DNA of 63,778 nucleotides, the filler included, from Olpidium bornovanus S191 (taxonomy: Eukaryota; Fungi; Olpidiomycota): NCBI GenBank assembly GCA_017911155.1. It is 32 parts of 32 records of this genome, joined end to end, with 100 filler letters (N's around TTAATTAATTAA, not from the genome) between each part and the next. Parts side by side here need not be neighbours in the genome. Positions count along the whole stretch, not along the records: positions 10,059 to 14,635 come from JAEFCI010007613.1; positions 14,736 to 16,391 come from JAEFCI010012480.1; positions 16,492 to 17,751 come from JAEFCI010004548.1; positions 17,852 to 18,943 come from JAEFCI010010409.1; positions 19,044 to 20,517 come from JAEFCI010012297.1; positions 20,618 to 23,326 come from JAEFCI010002991.1; 26 more parts are not named here. One strand, 5' to 3'. The position numbers were made by a program, and so were the translations under genes. Shown piece by piece: positions 11,641 through 22,960 of this stretch (position 1 is its first letter; every line of letters starts with the position of its first letter). The notes beneath the pieces were generated by a model. The model was not told where the DNA came from. It made no database searches and saw nothing but the letters and a program-made list of their open reading frames with translations.

Positions 11641-12918
11641 GCAGCGGATGGCCGAAAGGGAAAGCGTGTGTTTTCTTGTTGTTGTGTTCGGGTGAGGGCG
11701 AAGCACAAATTCACCTGTGGGCACACCTCCCCCCCCCCCCCGTGGAAGCCGTCCAGCCCACCGGGGCCGGCGCTTCGATGGGCACATCAACGCGAAGTTG
11801 TTACAGGCGCTACAGAGAGCGCATGGGTATAAAGTCGGTACGGGCGATACGGGCGCTACCGAGAGCGCGTCGGTTGTCACCAGCCAATCCATCGAAAAAC
11901 ATTTCAACGGGCTCTTCAAGAAAAAGCATTAAAAATACGGTGTCGAGACAAAGGGTGTTGAGATGACAGGCAGCACTACCTCTACGACTAACCTTCGCTA
12001 CGCAGCGCGTCCCCCACCAGAAACACGGGCGGGAAAACCGGCGGGGAAACCGGCTGGAAAAGCCCAGGAAAAATGGGGAGGTTGGATGCGAGGAGTGAAC
12101 AGGCTGTCATTAGGGATTTTATATGCCGTCCACCTCAGTCCCTTCGGCCCCACGGCAACAGGCACTTTTTTTTTCCAATTGGCTGGTACCTTTCTAACAG
12201 CACGTTTTGGGGATTTTACCTGCCCTGAACACAACTTTGCCTCAGCCTCCCTTTCTGGTCTGGCAGCATCATTTTCACTGTCGTCCCGTGTGTGCCTCCC
12301 TGCGTGCATCCTTTCTAAGGCCAGCTTGCTTTTTTGGCTCCTTTTTTGTTTTTTTTGGCTTGCGCCGTTTTTTTCCCTGGTGCAACCCCCCCCCCCCAAC
12401 TTTTTTTTCCTGTGCCCCTTATTGAAACAAAACACAGGTGGCGCTCTCCACACCCTCCTACCCCTCACCCTCACCAGGTAACTCTGACAACGACTTGTTT
12501 TTGGATTTTTCTACTGCGCCCGGGCGCTCTGTCACACCCCTTTTTCTCCGACTAAACCCCCCGTTTTCCCTTTCTGTCCTTCGAAACTTACTTTTTTCCC
12601 TTAAATTTATTTGACAGATAAAGAATCGTATGGTGTGCCAAGCTTAGACTAAACATTTTCGGACCCGAACGGCAACCGCTACTCCTCACCAGAAAAGACA
12701 GATGTCTGGATTCTTTTCTATAGGAATTGAAGAGCTGTGTGTTCTGGAAAGATTCTATAAAACAAATCTCAGATCGATGAAGTTTTAACTAAGTAGATAG
12801 ACGTTGAAGTCGGCGACCAGTGATCAGTTTTGTATGGCGGCGGAATATACCACAAAAAAATATATTGAGAATATTGATATATTGATTAATTAGACTTAAT
12901 TACTGCACGGAGGGCTAC

Positions 12919-13170
12919 CTAATCATCCTGACGGATGCAGCGATGGGATTTGAACTTCTTTTCAGCAAGCAACTTCCTTTCAGCGTCTTCAGCTTGGTGT
13001 GCGTCAAGGCCATTTGCGTATGACGCAATATATCGCCAGGCTTTCCCAGCAAAGCGCCAATCTGAGCAAGAGGAATGTTGCCGAGAACATTTGGGACACG
13101 ATCGCAGAGACCTTTGTAGGAGTAGTCGCATTGCTGACGAGCAAGGCGTGTCGATTTCCGAGTCACGTGA
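12919..13170 (-). mobile_element. IS630/Tc1/mariner-type DDE transposase C-terminal remnant, frameshifted
   Basis: Joining two minus frames across a 1-nt deletion gives RLARQQCDYSYKGLCDRVPNVLGNIPLAQI(R)RFAGKAWRYIASYANGLDAHQAEDAERKLLAEKKFKSHRCI. This resembles the remembered fungal transposase tail R-x-NCDY-x-F-x-GL...IRRF...WRY-x-DAY-x-x-GL...KK-Y-KSHR. Confidence 0.68.
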
Positions 13171-13399
13171 TCGTAGTTTACCTTTACTTTTGACTCTGCC
13201 GGGGCCGCCAACAGACCTGCCGAACCTCCTTTTAGAATCGAAAATCAAAGAACCATAACTGTTCCTCAGGTTATGAGCCCAAATCGGACGTGACCCCGTC
13301 CCCGTCCGAAGCATCGTCGCGCGCCGCCGCGCGCCGCCGTCACCGCTGCCATCGCGGCAGCTTCCGCGCGCATCCGCAGAGAGCCGCCATCGCCAAAGG

Positions 13400-13880
13400 A
13401 AGAACCGCGCGCACAGCAGCGGAAAGAACCATCGCGCGCGCAGCAGCGGAAAGAAGGAAAAAAAAAAGGCCCAACAGCAGGGAAGGAGAACCGTCCGCGT
13501 GCGCAGCGGAAGAGGAACCGCTGCGCGCCCGCCGCCGCCTTCCTTCCTCCGGCGCGCCACTACCCCTCCTTCCTTCCCCGTCGACACCGCCGCGCAACCG
13601 CCACCGCTGTGCACGCCGACGCGCCCACCTTCCCGCCCACCTTCCCGCCGTCACCTTCCTCGGCGCCGCCATCCGCCAACCGCCAACCGCCATCTTCCTC
13701 CGACCGCGCTGTCGCGCAGCAGCGAAAGAAGAACCGTCACGCGCAGCAGCGAAAGAGCAACCGTCGCGCGCGCAGCAGCGGAAGGAGAACTGTTGAAGCC
13801 CAGCCCGCGAAAACCGCTCGCGCGCGCGGCAGCGGAAGGAAAAACCCGTCCGCGCGCAAAGCAGCGGAAGGAAAACTGCC
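13400..13880. repeat. Degenerate array of the motif cgcgcgcagcagcggaa(a/g)gaa (roughly 9-10 copies)
   Basis: The motif recurs at irregular spacing between the transposase remnant and the gag-like remnant. Confidence 0.7.
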
Positions 13881-13972
13881 ACATCAACACGCGCCACCGC
13901 GGAACAGACGCGCGCAGCCGCTGAACGATAAGGAGAACCAGCTTTCCAGACTCAGTTACCCCCTCTCGGAGA

Positions 13973-14635
13973 ATGGCGCCGGCAGACCCGACGTCCCGAA
14001 GGTCTGAGGACCAACTACACAACCCACAAGCAACCACCCAATTTCAACTTCAACGACCACAGAAGCGACAGAACGACTTCAACAACGGCTCCGACGAACA
14101 GATACCAGCAGCAACACCAACACCAACACAACTCTTCCGGCAACGTACCCTGTCGACAACGATTTTGGTGTCACCCCTCGGTCATCCCAGCGGAATCGCA
14201 ACCACAACATGGAGACAGAGGCAGAAAACGACCTCCTGCGTGGACAGATCGAACTTCTGAACGAGCAGCACACCTTGGAGATTGCTGCTTAACGTTCTGA
14301 CTTTGAGATCAAACTGAACTCTGTCCTTGAGCGTCTCTCCACAGTACAAAACCAGAACCAAACCACCACACAAAACAGAAACAACCCAAGAACTTCAAGA
14401 CCCGCAGCTAACAATGCGGAACCCGACTCATAGACACAAATCTAATTGTAATGCTAATCGATTTAATCTTATGCGGCAACGATTCCAACAACGAGCAAGA
14501 GATACCTTTCTTCTCCATGACCTCCCAACAACCACGCTCTCGGCGTGAACGTGAGCGTGAACGCGAGAGAACTGAACGTATTACACTAACTCTCATTAAA
14601 CCCCTACTCGACAATGGACCTACGTACGATGGCCA
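13973..14635 (+). mobile_element. Decayed retrotransposon gag-like ORF
   Basis: It has a coiled-coil segment (METEAENDLLRGQIELLNEQHTLEIAA*RSDFEIKLNSVLERL), a Q/N/T-rich low-complexity part, and ends at IKPLLDNGPTYDG, similar to the KP..P.(Y/F)DG start of Ty3/gypsy capsid domains. Stops and frameshifts are present. Confidence 0.45.
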
Positions 14636-14735
14636 NNNNNNNNNNNNNNNNNNNNNNNNNNNNNNNNNNNNNNNNNNNNTTAATTAATTAANNNNNNNNN
14701 NNNNNNNNNNNNNNNNNNNNNNNNNNNNNNNNNNN

Positions 14736-14771
<36 letters not shown>

Positions 14772-14989
14772 CGAAGAAAGTAGCGAACAGAATGAAACCT
14801 GGATTATGAAATGATGATTTTAGAGTGTCGGTTATGAACGTTCATAATGTAGCCAAACCTTGAAAAAAAGGCGAATGAAGTCATCGCCAGCATCATCGCG
14901 AGCGGTGGAATTAGGAAATCTCAGGAAGAAGTCTCAGAAGCGGGAAAAAAACAGAGAAAATCGCCGGCAAGCCGTGAAGTCGCGCCGCT

Positions 14990-15900
14990 TTGGCCAAAGG
15001 TTGTCAACGCGCGAGAAACCATGGCTGCGGCCATGGACGCAGCAGTGGGAACGAGCCCCCGACACCTCCAAGCTCCCTATCGTCGCCGCCGTGGTGGTCA
15101 CGGGGGCCGCTCGGCATGACCGACGAAGCCGAAAGTCTAAAGTCCGGGTGCGCGTTCAACTTCAGGAGAGGCGTGAGTGGCGGAGGGCGCAGCAGACGGA
15201 GTCGCAGGTAGGCCGCCGGGCACCGCTCGAACCGCGTGAGGAAACGCAAGCCCGCGACCAGAGCTGTCAGAGACGTGCGGGCTCCCGTGGCCCCCGTGGC
15301 GCTCGTGCTGCTCCAGGCGGCCCTTTTGCGCGCGAGTTAGCATGACCATAACGCGTTTTTGAAGGCGCCGTCTCTCAATGTCCTTCTCGGCGCCAGGAAT
15401 CTGGTAATACCCCTGTGTGTGGTCCAGCGCCGAGAGGTACTTCGCAAGGGTTAACCTAGTCGCGTCCTTGACAGTGACTGCATGTAGACGGCAATAACCT
15501 ATGCACATTCGCAATTTGTCTGACCCCCTCTTCTTAACGATGAGCATAGAGGGGGCCCCCAAGGTGACTTGGACAATCTAACGTGGCCAGCCTCGAGTTT
15601 TTCCTTCGGCTGCCTCAGCAGCTCCACGAGTTCGGCTTCCGATAGGTGATAGATGGGCTGACTGTAAGGCCGAAGCGCCATCCTCTATGTTTATCTCGTG
15701 CGATACATTGTATTGGCGAGCGTGAAGCGATTCGACAGAAAGCAAGGCGGCCGGGAATACATTCCGGTAGTCTTTTTACGACCTAGGGGAACCAAACGTC
15801 GATACCTTGAGGACATTTTAGGGCATCGACGTGTCCTTCGACAACGGTCACTACCACTAAAATCTCGCCTCGTCGTATCGCCTTCCGCTAAATGCAATGC
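14990..15900 (-). mobile_element. Ty3/gypsy pol (reverse transcriptase) pseudogene with deletions and frameshifts
   Basis: PYSQPIYHLSEAELVELLRQPKEKLEAGHVRLSKSPWG then, after a frameshift, APSMLIVKKRGSDKLRMCIGYCRLHAVTVKD...AKYLSALDHTQGYYQI. This follows the gypsy RT N-terminal consensus (SPWGAPVLFVKK...LRMCVDYRRLN...AKYFSKLDL..GY.QI). Confidence 0.88.
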
Positions 15901-16057
15901 CGCGTTCCTCTCCTTCGAGACACATTAAGAACGCGTATTTGTTGAAGTTTTGCGGGAACAAATGGGGAGGACACGAGGGCGGCGGTCTTTTCCGGTACCG
16001 CCCTTCATCGTATGCGCAGCGCGCGGCGCAGCCCCGTGACACCCCCCTGACCATATT

Positions 16058-16150
16058 CCCTAGCCCTAACCGTCGCCACCCTTTAACCCTAACAATAACC
16101 ACTTAGCCCTAACCCTAAGTCAACCTTTAACTAACCACTACCCTAACCCC
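16058..16150 (+). repeat. Degenerate interstitial telomere-like (CCCTAA)n tract
   Basis: Exact CCCTAA at 16064, 16087, 16107, 16113 and 16141, plus variants CCCTAG, CTTTAA and CCACTA, all on the same strand. Confidence 0.65.
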
Positions 16151-16528
16151 CATGCCGTTCTCGTCTTGCAGCACACTAATCCCACCGGTCTGAGATTTTG
16201 CTTTCCCCCTTCACGCTGGGAAATCTGTCGGCTGCGAGTTTTCCTTTAGGCCCAATGGCCCTGCTAGTTATGCCCTTTCCTGCTTGCAGACGGGGTGCAT
16301 TTGCGTGGCTTTTCTTGGCCGTTAAGAGCACCGTCGGTGGAGGAGTGGGGGCTGGAGGAATGGGGTGGCGCAAGTGTGTGTGTGCCGCATGNNNNNNNNN
16401 NNNNNNNNNNNNNNNNNNNNNNNNNNNNNNNNNNNTTAATTAATTAANNNNNNNNNNNNNNNNNNNNNNNNNNNNNNNNNNNNNNNNNNNNCCTGCCCTT
16501 CCCTTCCCCGGCCCGCGCAAGCATCCCC

Positions 16529-17751
16529 ATGACTAACCTCTGTCTGGACTACGGCCGCGCTAAGGCCGCTTCCGGCGCGCCCGCCGCCGCTGTGGCCGCC
16601 CCTTCGTCTTCGCGCGCCAAGTGCAACGGCGGGACGCCCGCGGAGGACGAGCCGCTGCACCCCCCGCCGCTGCGCCCGAAGCAGAAAGGCGGCAGCCCGG
16701 CGGCGCCCTCGGTGCTGAGGTTTAGGGGCGAGGGAATCTCCGCGATATCCGCGGACCTGGCGCCGCTCGCCGGTTCCCTGCGCAGGCTCGAGCTGCCTTA
16801 CAACGACCTCTCCTCCGGGAAACCTCTCGCGGGTCTCGCCGCCCTGCCCGGGCTGACCTACCTCGACTTGAGCGGTAACAGACTGCGCGACTTGGCCGGT
16901 GTCCAGGTCTGCGAGAACCTGACCGGTGAGCAGCCCGCCTGGCGTTTGTCCGCTCCTTGGCCTCAAAGCCGCACGGAGGTTGTTTGGGACGTCCCCATTC
17001 TTCCCCTCCCCCCCCCCCGGTCCCTGTTGCCGTCCTTCCACCCCTTCCACGCCGTGCCGACGACGACCGCTGACCGTGCCGGATTTCGACCAGTTTTGAA
17101 CGTCTCGCACAACAAGATCAAAGACATCTCCCACCATGTCTTATCTTGCAAGAAACTCAAGGCCCTGGTCGCCAACGACAACGAAATCGCCAGTGCAGAA
17201 CTGGTCTCCAAGCTGTCGGAGCTCAGCACCATAGGTCAGTTCCTTCTCCCCCCCTTTCCTCCTCCCGAGAGGGCTCGGTTGGCTGTCCTTATCATTCGGA
17301 GGTCCGTCTGACTTGAATCAAACGCGTTCTCAGTACTGTCGCGTAATAAGTTGACGAAGCTGCCGTCCCTGTTTGAGCTTAACCAGCTGAAGAAGATAGC
17401 CGCGGCGCACAACGCGCTCACGGAGATCCCCAACCTGCGCGGCTGCGGCCGACACCTCTGTGAGCTCCGCCTGAACAACAACGCGATAACATCTGTTCCG
17501 GACTTCCTGCCCGAAGTCGCTCCCAATCTGGAGATTATCGATTTGGGGAGCAACCGCATCAAGAACTGGAGGTGCGTAATGCAAACGCTTATCCTCCATG
17601 CCGCACCGCGCTTTCGGTGCGCTGCGCCGTCATGCTTCAGACAGCCGACGTTCCCTCGGTTTTTAGGGAAGTGTTTCCGCTGGGGTCAATGCCGAAACTT
17701 ACCAACCTGAACCTGAAAGGCAACGCCATCTGCAACCGCGAGAAATACCGC
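16529..17751 (+). CDS. SDS22/PPP1R7-like leucine-rich repeat protein, multi-exon, 3' truncated
   Basis: Successive LxxLxLxxNxL repeats across four exons (LRRLELPYNDL, LTYLDLSGNRL, LNVSHNKI, LKALVANDNEI, VLSRNKL, LCELRLNNNAI, LEIIDLGSNRI, LTNLNLKGNAIC), ending in an LRR-cap-like NREKYR. Confidence 0.8.
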
Positions 17752-17851
17752 NNNNNNNNNNNNNNNNNNNNNNNNNNNNNNNNNNNNNNNNNNNNTTAAT
17801 TAATTAANNNNNNNNNNNNNNNNNNNNNNNNNNNNNNNNNNNNNNNNNNNN

Positions 17852-18880
17852 CATGGGGACACGGCGGGAAATCCCCGGCACCCCGCAGCAATGCAAAAGA
17901 CGAAAACCGACGGGCGGGAAATGCCGCGACGGCAACGGGCCCGAAAAAACCTCCGGACGTTACGTCTCAGGTCGGACCGACTAACAGGGGCGGCCGGCGT
18001 GGAAGCGTCTCACGTACGGCGAACGGAGCAGACGGCCGGCGCTTCTCCCGGACAGCTTCGACGTCCGCGCAGCTTTAGTTGCCTGTCCGCCGCGCCTAAA
18101 GAGGTTTGCGGAAAGGTACTCCTTGACAGGCGTTTCCCAGGGCAGTTCAAGAAACACGGACCAGCCGTCCGCGGAGAATCGCATAGCGGAGACGCCGACC
18201 GGCAAGCACGGGCGCTCCCGTGCACCGTCGTTCTGACGTTCCGCTCCTGGTAGAAACGCAAACGACACGTAGCAAACGGGCAGTAATGAAATTATCGACA
18301 CACATTCTCAACTCCAGCTGAGCAAGCCTTTTTGCATCCGTTCTGTTTTGGACGCCCGCCACCGTGGGATTCACGAACCACGAAGGAGCTCCGGAGAGTG
18401 GACGATCGAACGGCAAACCGTCAGAACGCAGAGAAAAATGTCGTCGGCAGTCAACTCCGGCCGGATCGGCAGTGCGCGCAGAATGCACGCAAAAGTGCAT
18501 GACCATCCCGGATGCCGAGGCCTTCGGGTCCCTTGGGAAACAAAACGCGAGACGCGGTCGTGTCTGCCTCCACTCGCACAGGGAAAATCTCTTTCTCCGG
18601 CAGGCATCATGTCAAGAATGCTGCCCACGGAGGCGGAAATCAGCCGTTCTGCAGCCAGCCTGCTTAGCCTTACGTCCAGCTGGGACAAGGTGATAAAGAA
18701 CGGGAGTCTTCTGTGGGAAAGCGTTTCTGTTCGCGGCTTTGCTCACAGGATTGGGAACCGGTAGGGCGGACGGGAAGTCAGGGAGAGCATACTGGAAGAT
18801 TTTGTGCTCCACAATCAACACAAAACGGGCCCGGAGCTCGAGCGGGACTTGGGAAACGGGGCAAGCCTATTCCTGACCCG
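17852..18880 (-). CDS. Hypothetical multi-exon gene fragment, unidentified
   Basis: Coding-like segments are bounded by plausible splice sites (VPLELRARFVLIVEHKIFQYALPDFPSALPVPNP|KTPVLYHLVPAG|...). No family was recognised. Confidence 0.3.
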
Positions 18881-19043
18881 GCTGACAGCGTGGCTGCGCC
18901 TGACGTACGCGCCCCCCCCCCCCCCCCCCTTTTTTTTTTTCGGNNNNNNNNNNNNNNNNNNNNNNNNNNNNNNNNNNNNNNNNNNNNTTAATTAATTAAN
19001 NNNNNNNNNNNNNNNNNNNNNNNNNNNNNNNNNNNNNNNNNNN

Positions 19044-19074
<31 letters not shown>

Positions 19075-19317
19075 GGGGCGCGCGCGTGAGTGTGCGGCGC
19101 GGTGACGCAATGCGCACGTGCGACTGTGGGCGGACCACCTCACACCAAAAAAAAAAAAAAAAAAAAAAAAATTCCCCCACTTCGTTCTCCCCCCCCCCCT
19201 CCCCGCCCGCACGCCCCGCTCTCTCACAACACGCTCGCGCCGTGAATACATATACGCCTTTTTGCCCGCCGTCTTCCGCGCGCGCTTCCGAGCAACAGAA
19301 AGAGAAAGAAAAAAAAA

Positions 19318-20287
19318 ATGGCTCTCGAGCTTACTGACATCTGCAAGTTCCTCCTCGCTCTTATCCTGCGTGAGTGCCCCGGGAACGGCCGTCGGCGCCT
19401 TATCCTGCGGTCGTTGCCCCGCCGCCTCCGCCTGCCGCCGTGAGAAAAGCTTGCGCGGCGACCCTCTGTCTCATGCGTTCCCGTGACGCGCGAGCCCTTG
19501 CGGCAACGCATCGCGAAAAAAAGGCGGCGGGGGAAGGGTAGTGGAGGTTGCATCCTTATGGTTTCGCGCGCCGCCGTGCTCCCGGGTTTATGCGGTTACT
19601 TTTCCCGGTCGTCCCCTCCCTTGCCCTCTGGGTCAAAAACGCAAACAGCGCCAATAGGCGTTCTGCTAGAGCGCGGCGTCGGCATGGACCTGCTCATGTG
19701 CGTCTTCCGAGTTTTGTCGTTCTGCGCTTTTTTTTTCCTCCCCCGTTAATTTGTTTTGTTCTAGCGGGTTTTCTAGCCGCCTTTCCTTCTTTTTTTTTTT
19801 TCTCTCTCTCGTTGTTCTTTTTTGTTCCGCGCTTCTTCGTCCGCGTACGGCAATACGAAACTTCTCCGCTGACTTTTAGGTTCCTTCGCACGCAAAACTT
19901 CGTTGAAATAGCAACATCGGTCTCACGTACGCTTCGACCCTCGACCCCGGCGACGCTGCCCTTGTCTGCATTGTGCAAGTTAACTCGCGCTAACCCTCCG
20001 CCCCGCCTTCCCGCGGGGGTCGTTTTTCTTCTATCCCCTAAAAAAAAAAAGATTGTTGGGTTATATTCCTGGTAAGTCGAGCATTACTGCCGAGTCGCTT
20101 GCCGGCGGGTTTCCTTCGCCTTGCAGAGAGCTGATGTCTTTTTTTGCTTGGATTTACAATATGCGATAGGCATCATCCACGGTATTTGCGTGGGCGTTGA
20201 TTTTCTTTGCTATAATTGGCTCGGAGCTCTCCGCTTCTTTTCTGACCTCGACCCTGGGCAGCCTGCTACATCATTATGGCCTATTAA
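19318..20287 (+). CDS. PMP3: Plasma membrane proteolipid 3 (Pmp3/RCI2 family), complete, 57 aa, 6 exons
   Basis: Exons 19318-19369, 19649-19697, 19912-19926, 20052-20071, 20170-20181 and 20262-20287, all with GT-AG introns, join in frame to MALELTDICKFLLALILPPIGVLLERGVGMDLLINIGLTLLGYIPGIIHACYIIMAY*. Confidence 0.95.
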
Positions 20288-20966
20288 TAGGACCATTGCG
20301 GTCTATCACGGAATCCGCAATCTGAATCTTGCCACTTTTGCCAGCCGGACCTTGGAATTTGAAACTATTAATACCTGCACAGATGCTTTGTCAAACCATG
20401 GCGCTGGCAGCCCGCCGTACGCTCGGTGAGCTTACATCCGCGGAGATTATCGTCGACGCGTTGTCGGCAGCGGCGCGCGGGACTTTCAACGGTTCTCGCT
20501 TAGGTTGGTCGTTGTCGNNNNNNNNNNNNNNNNNNNNNNNNNNNNNNNNNNNNNNNNNNNNTTAATTAATTAANNNNNNNNNNNNNNNNNNNNNNNNNNN
20601 NNNNNNNNNNNNNNNNNCGCACCGTCGGTTCCTCCATACTTTGGGATTCCTCCCAGCAACGTCCGTGCAAAGAGGGGATTGAGTTTTCTCTCACAGGGTG
20701 TTGCGTGTCACGGTGTCACATACTCTTTTTCATTCATGGTTTCGGTTCTTCCATGACCGGAGGAAGTCCGGGCTCATGACCTGGTTGCTTTTGGGTGGGT
20801 TTGACGGAGCTCACGGGGGGAGCTGCTTCCTGTTCCTTCCATTTGAATCTTGACAGCGACGAGTTATTTTCAGGGGAGGGGGGGGGGGGGAGAATTTCCG
20901 GCGCGGTGGTGCTTTTCCGCTCGGGTCACCCCCCCCCCTCCCCTTCACCGCCAACCCGAACGAGTC

Positions 20967-21513
20967 ATGACTGCGGCGAGCCTGGCGACGGACCACCGGG
21001 GAGCGCGGACGGCGACGCCCGCCGCTTCGCCGGCGGAGGCCGCGGCCGCGGCCCCCAACGAGGGCGGGATAGAGGCTCGCGGACGAGGAGGGGCCGGCGC
21101 GGAGGACCAGAGCGACCGCGTCGACGACTGCCTGGCCTGCCGCCTAACGGGGGCCGCCGCGCTGTCGTCGTCGGCGGTCTTCGTGTTCTTGGAGCGGCGC
21201 AGAATGGACCGGGCGTTCAGGACCTCAAGGGCGGCCCTGGGTGTCGCCGGCACAGGTAAGGGTCGGGGGCGGAACGGGCTGGTGGTGCGCGCGCGCGCGC
21301 GGGCGGCAGGGGCGCGGTTCTACGGGCGGGCCGCGGCGTGGGGAAGGAGAGGAGAATGGAGAGGAAATCTGCCTGCACGAGATCGACTGACGGTGGGGCC
21401 CACGCAACGCGGCACGCGGGAAAAAAAAAATTCCTATCGTTTTCCGGGGTTTCATTTTCTTATTATGAAATCCAGCGCTTTTGGCCGGCGGAATCTACCG
21501 GCTCATGAATTGA
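20967..21513 (+). CDS. DUF4536 / DMAC1-like small mitochondrial membrane protein, 2 exons
   Basis: Exons 20967-21255 and 21476-21513 join in frame: ...DDCLACRLTGAAALSSSAVFVFLERRRMDRAFRTSRAALGVAGT|ALLAGGIYRLMN*. The DCxxCR-x-x-G start and GxYRL end are typical of DUF4536. Confidence 0.78.
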
Positions 21514-22554
21514 AGCAAAAAAAAAACAAAAAAAAAAAAAGCAAAATAGAAGCTCCGCGGCGGGGACCGAGGATCTTTGCGAGGGACATACTTTTTCTCC
21601 CCCTTTTTTTCCCCCCATACCTCCGTCGACCCTATTAAAAAAACGCAGCGGCGAAATCCGCGTTTTCGTCTGCCCTGGCTCGCGCACGCGCGCGGGGTCC
21701 CCACCCACACCCCCCGCCTCGGCGTTATGATACGTCAGGGAGGAAAAAAAAAACGAAATCTCCGCGGTGAATTATTTTGGACCAGGCGACGGATTTTTCT
21801 TTTTGTGTCGTCGGGGCCTCGGACAAGCCTCAACTTCCCCCGCCGAGACCGAACGCCGCGGTGCGGGGGGGGGGGAAGGGGTCGTTCTCTGCTGCCTCCT
21901 CTCTCCGCCTCGGAGATCAATCTCGTCGGTTGCGGACGCGGTGAATGTGCCGCCGCCGCCGCCGGAAGCAAGATGCTGCTGACGGTACGCGACGGAACTC
22001 CGTTCCGAGGCCGCGCGAGGCTCCGCTGCGATCGCCCCGTCGGTTGGTCCGACTTTGTGGACGTTTTTGTATCTGCGCTCGACGCCTGGTCGCGAGCGTG
22101 CTTGCTGGAGGCGGAAGCGGCGGCGGCAGCGTTTAAAATGCGGCAAATGGATTCTCCTGCCCGTTTGTGAACGTGGCACCAAAGGCGAGTGCCATGCTCT
22201 CTACCCCGTGGTCAATACCAGTACAGGACAGGCGGTCAGTTGGTATTTTGACTGTGTGGTTACAAGAATAAGTTGAGCTCACCGTGCCATTACATTCTCT
22301 TTATAAGGTATTCGGCAGTTCGGCTGAAGCGGCAGCGCCGCAGCTGCGAGCAAACAAACAGAAAAAAGCCGAAGGTGCGAGCGGCGACGGCGCTGCGGCG
22401 CTGACGGCGGTTCTTCGGTTCGCCGAAGCGAGAGAAGCGGAAAGAACAGAGCTGAGGCTCTTGCTTAGCCCTCGGCGAGCGGTGACGGCTTTGCGGCTCT
22501 CGGCAACGGCGGGCGGCGGCTCTCGGCGGTGACGGGCGGCGGGGCGCCCCGTCG

Positions 22555-22960
22555 AGAAGGGGGAGACGAGTCTCCGAGGTCGACGGCGGCGGTTGCGGGT
22601 CTGCCGAGGGCGACGAGTTGCGGGCTGCGCCGTCAAAGGGACTATTCCGCTCGGTTCTCCGGATTGCGGAAAGCGAGAGGGAGGCGAAGAGCGGCGGAGG
22701 AAATGACTGCGTTGTGATGATGGGCGAAGGAACCGGCGAGGACGCTGCTGGGGCGGTGCAGGCGGAGCTTCTGGCGGGCGGGGACGGGGTGGAGAGCGGC
22801 GGCGTGGCTGGCGATGGGTCGTCGAGAAAGGGAGACCGGTTTCCGAGGTCGGCAGCGGCGGCGCAGCAGCGGTGACGGAAAGCGGCGGCAGCGCAGAGCG
22901 GCGGCAGCGCTGCGGCGGACGCCGGCGATGAGAAGGGGAGACTTGTCTCCGAGGTCGACT
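22555..22960 (+). repeat. Three dispersed copies of an about 30-bp motif containing a GGAGAC-NN-GTCTCC palindrome
   Basis: agaaggggagacgagtctccgaggtcgac (22555), agaaagggagaccggtttccgaggtcggc (22825) and agaaggggagacttgtctccgaggtcgac (22931). Confidence 0.75.

Noticed and set aside
14430-14475. Run of in-frame TAA codons suggesting RIP-type CpA-to-TpA mutation
   Set aside because: The other two frames are open there, so the stops probably lie in a non-coding frame after a frameshift. Other repeats show a CpG bias, not CpA.
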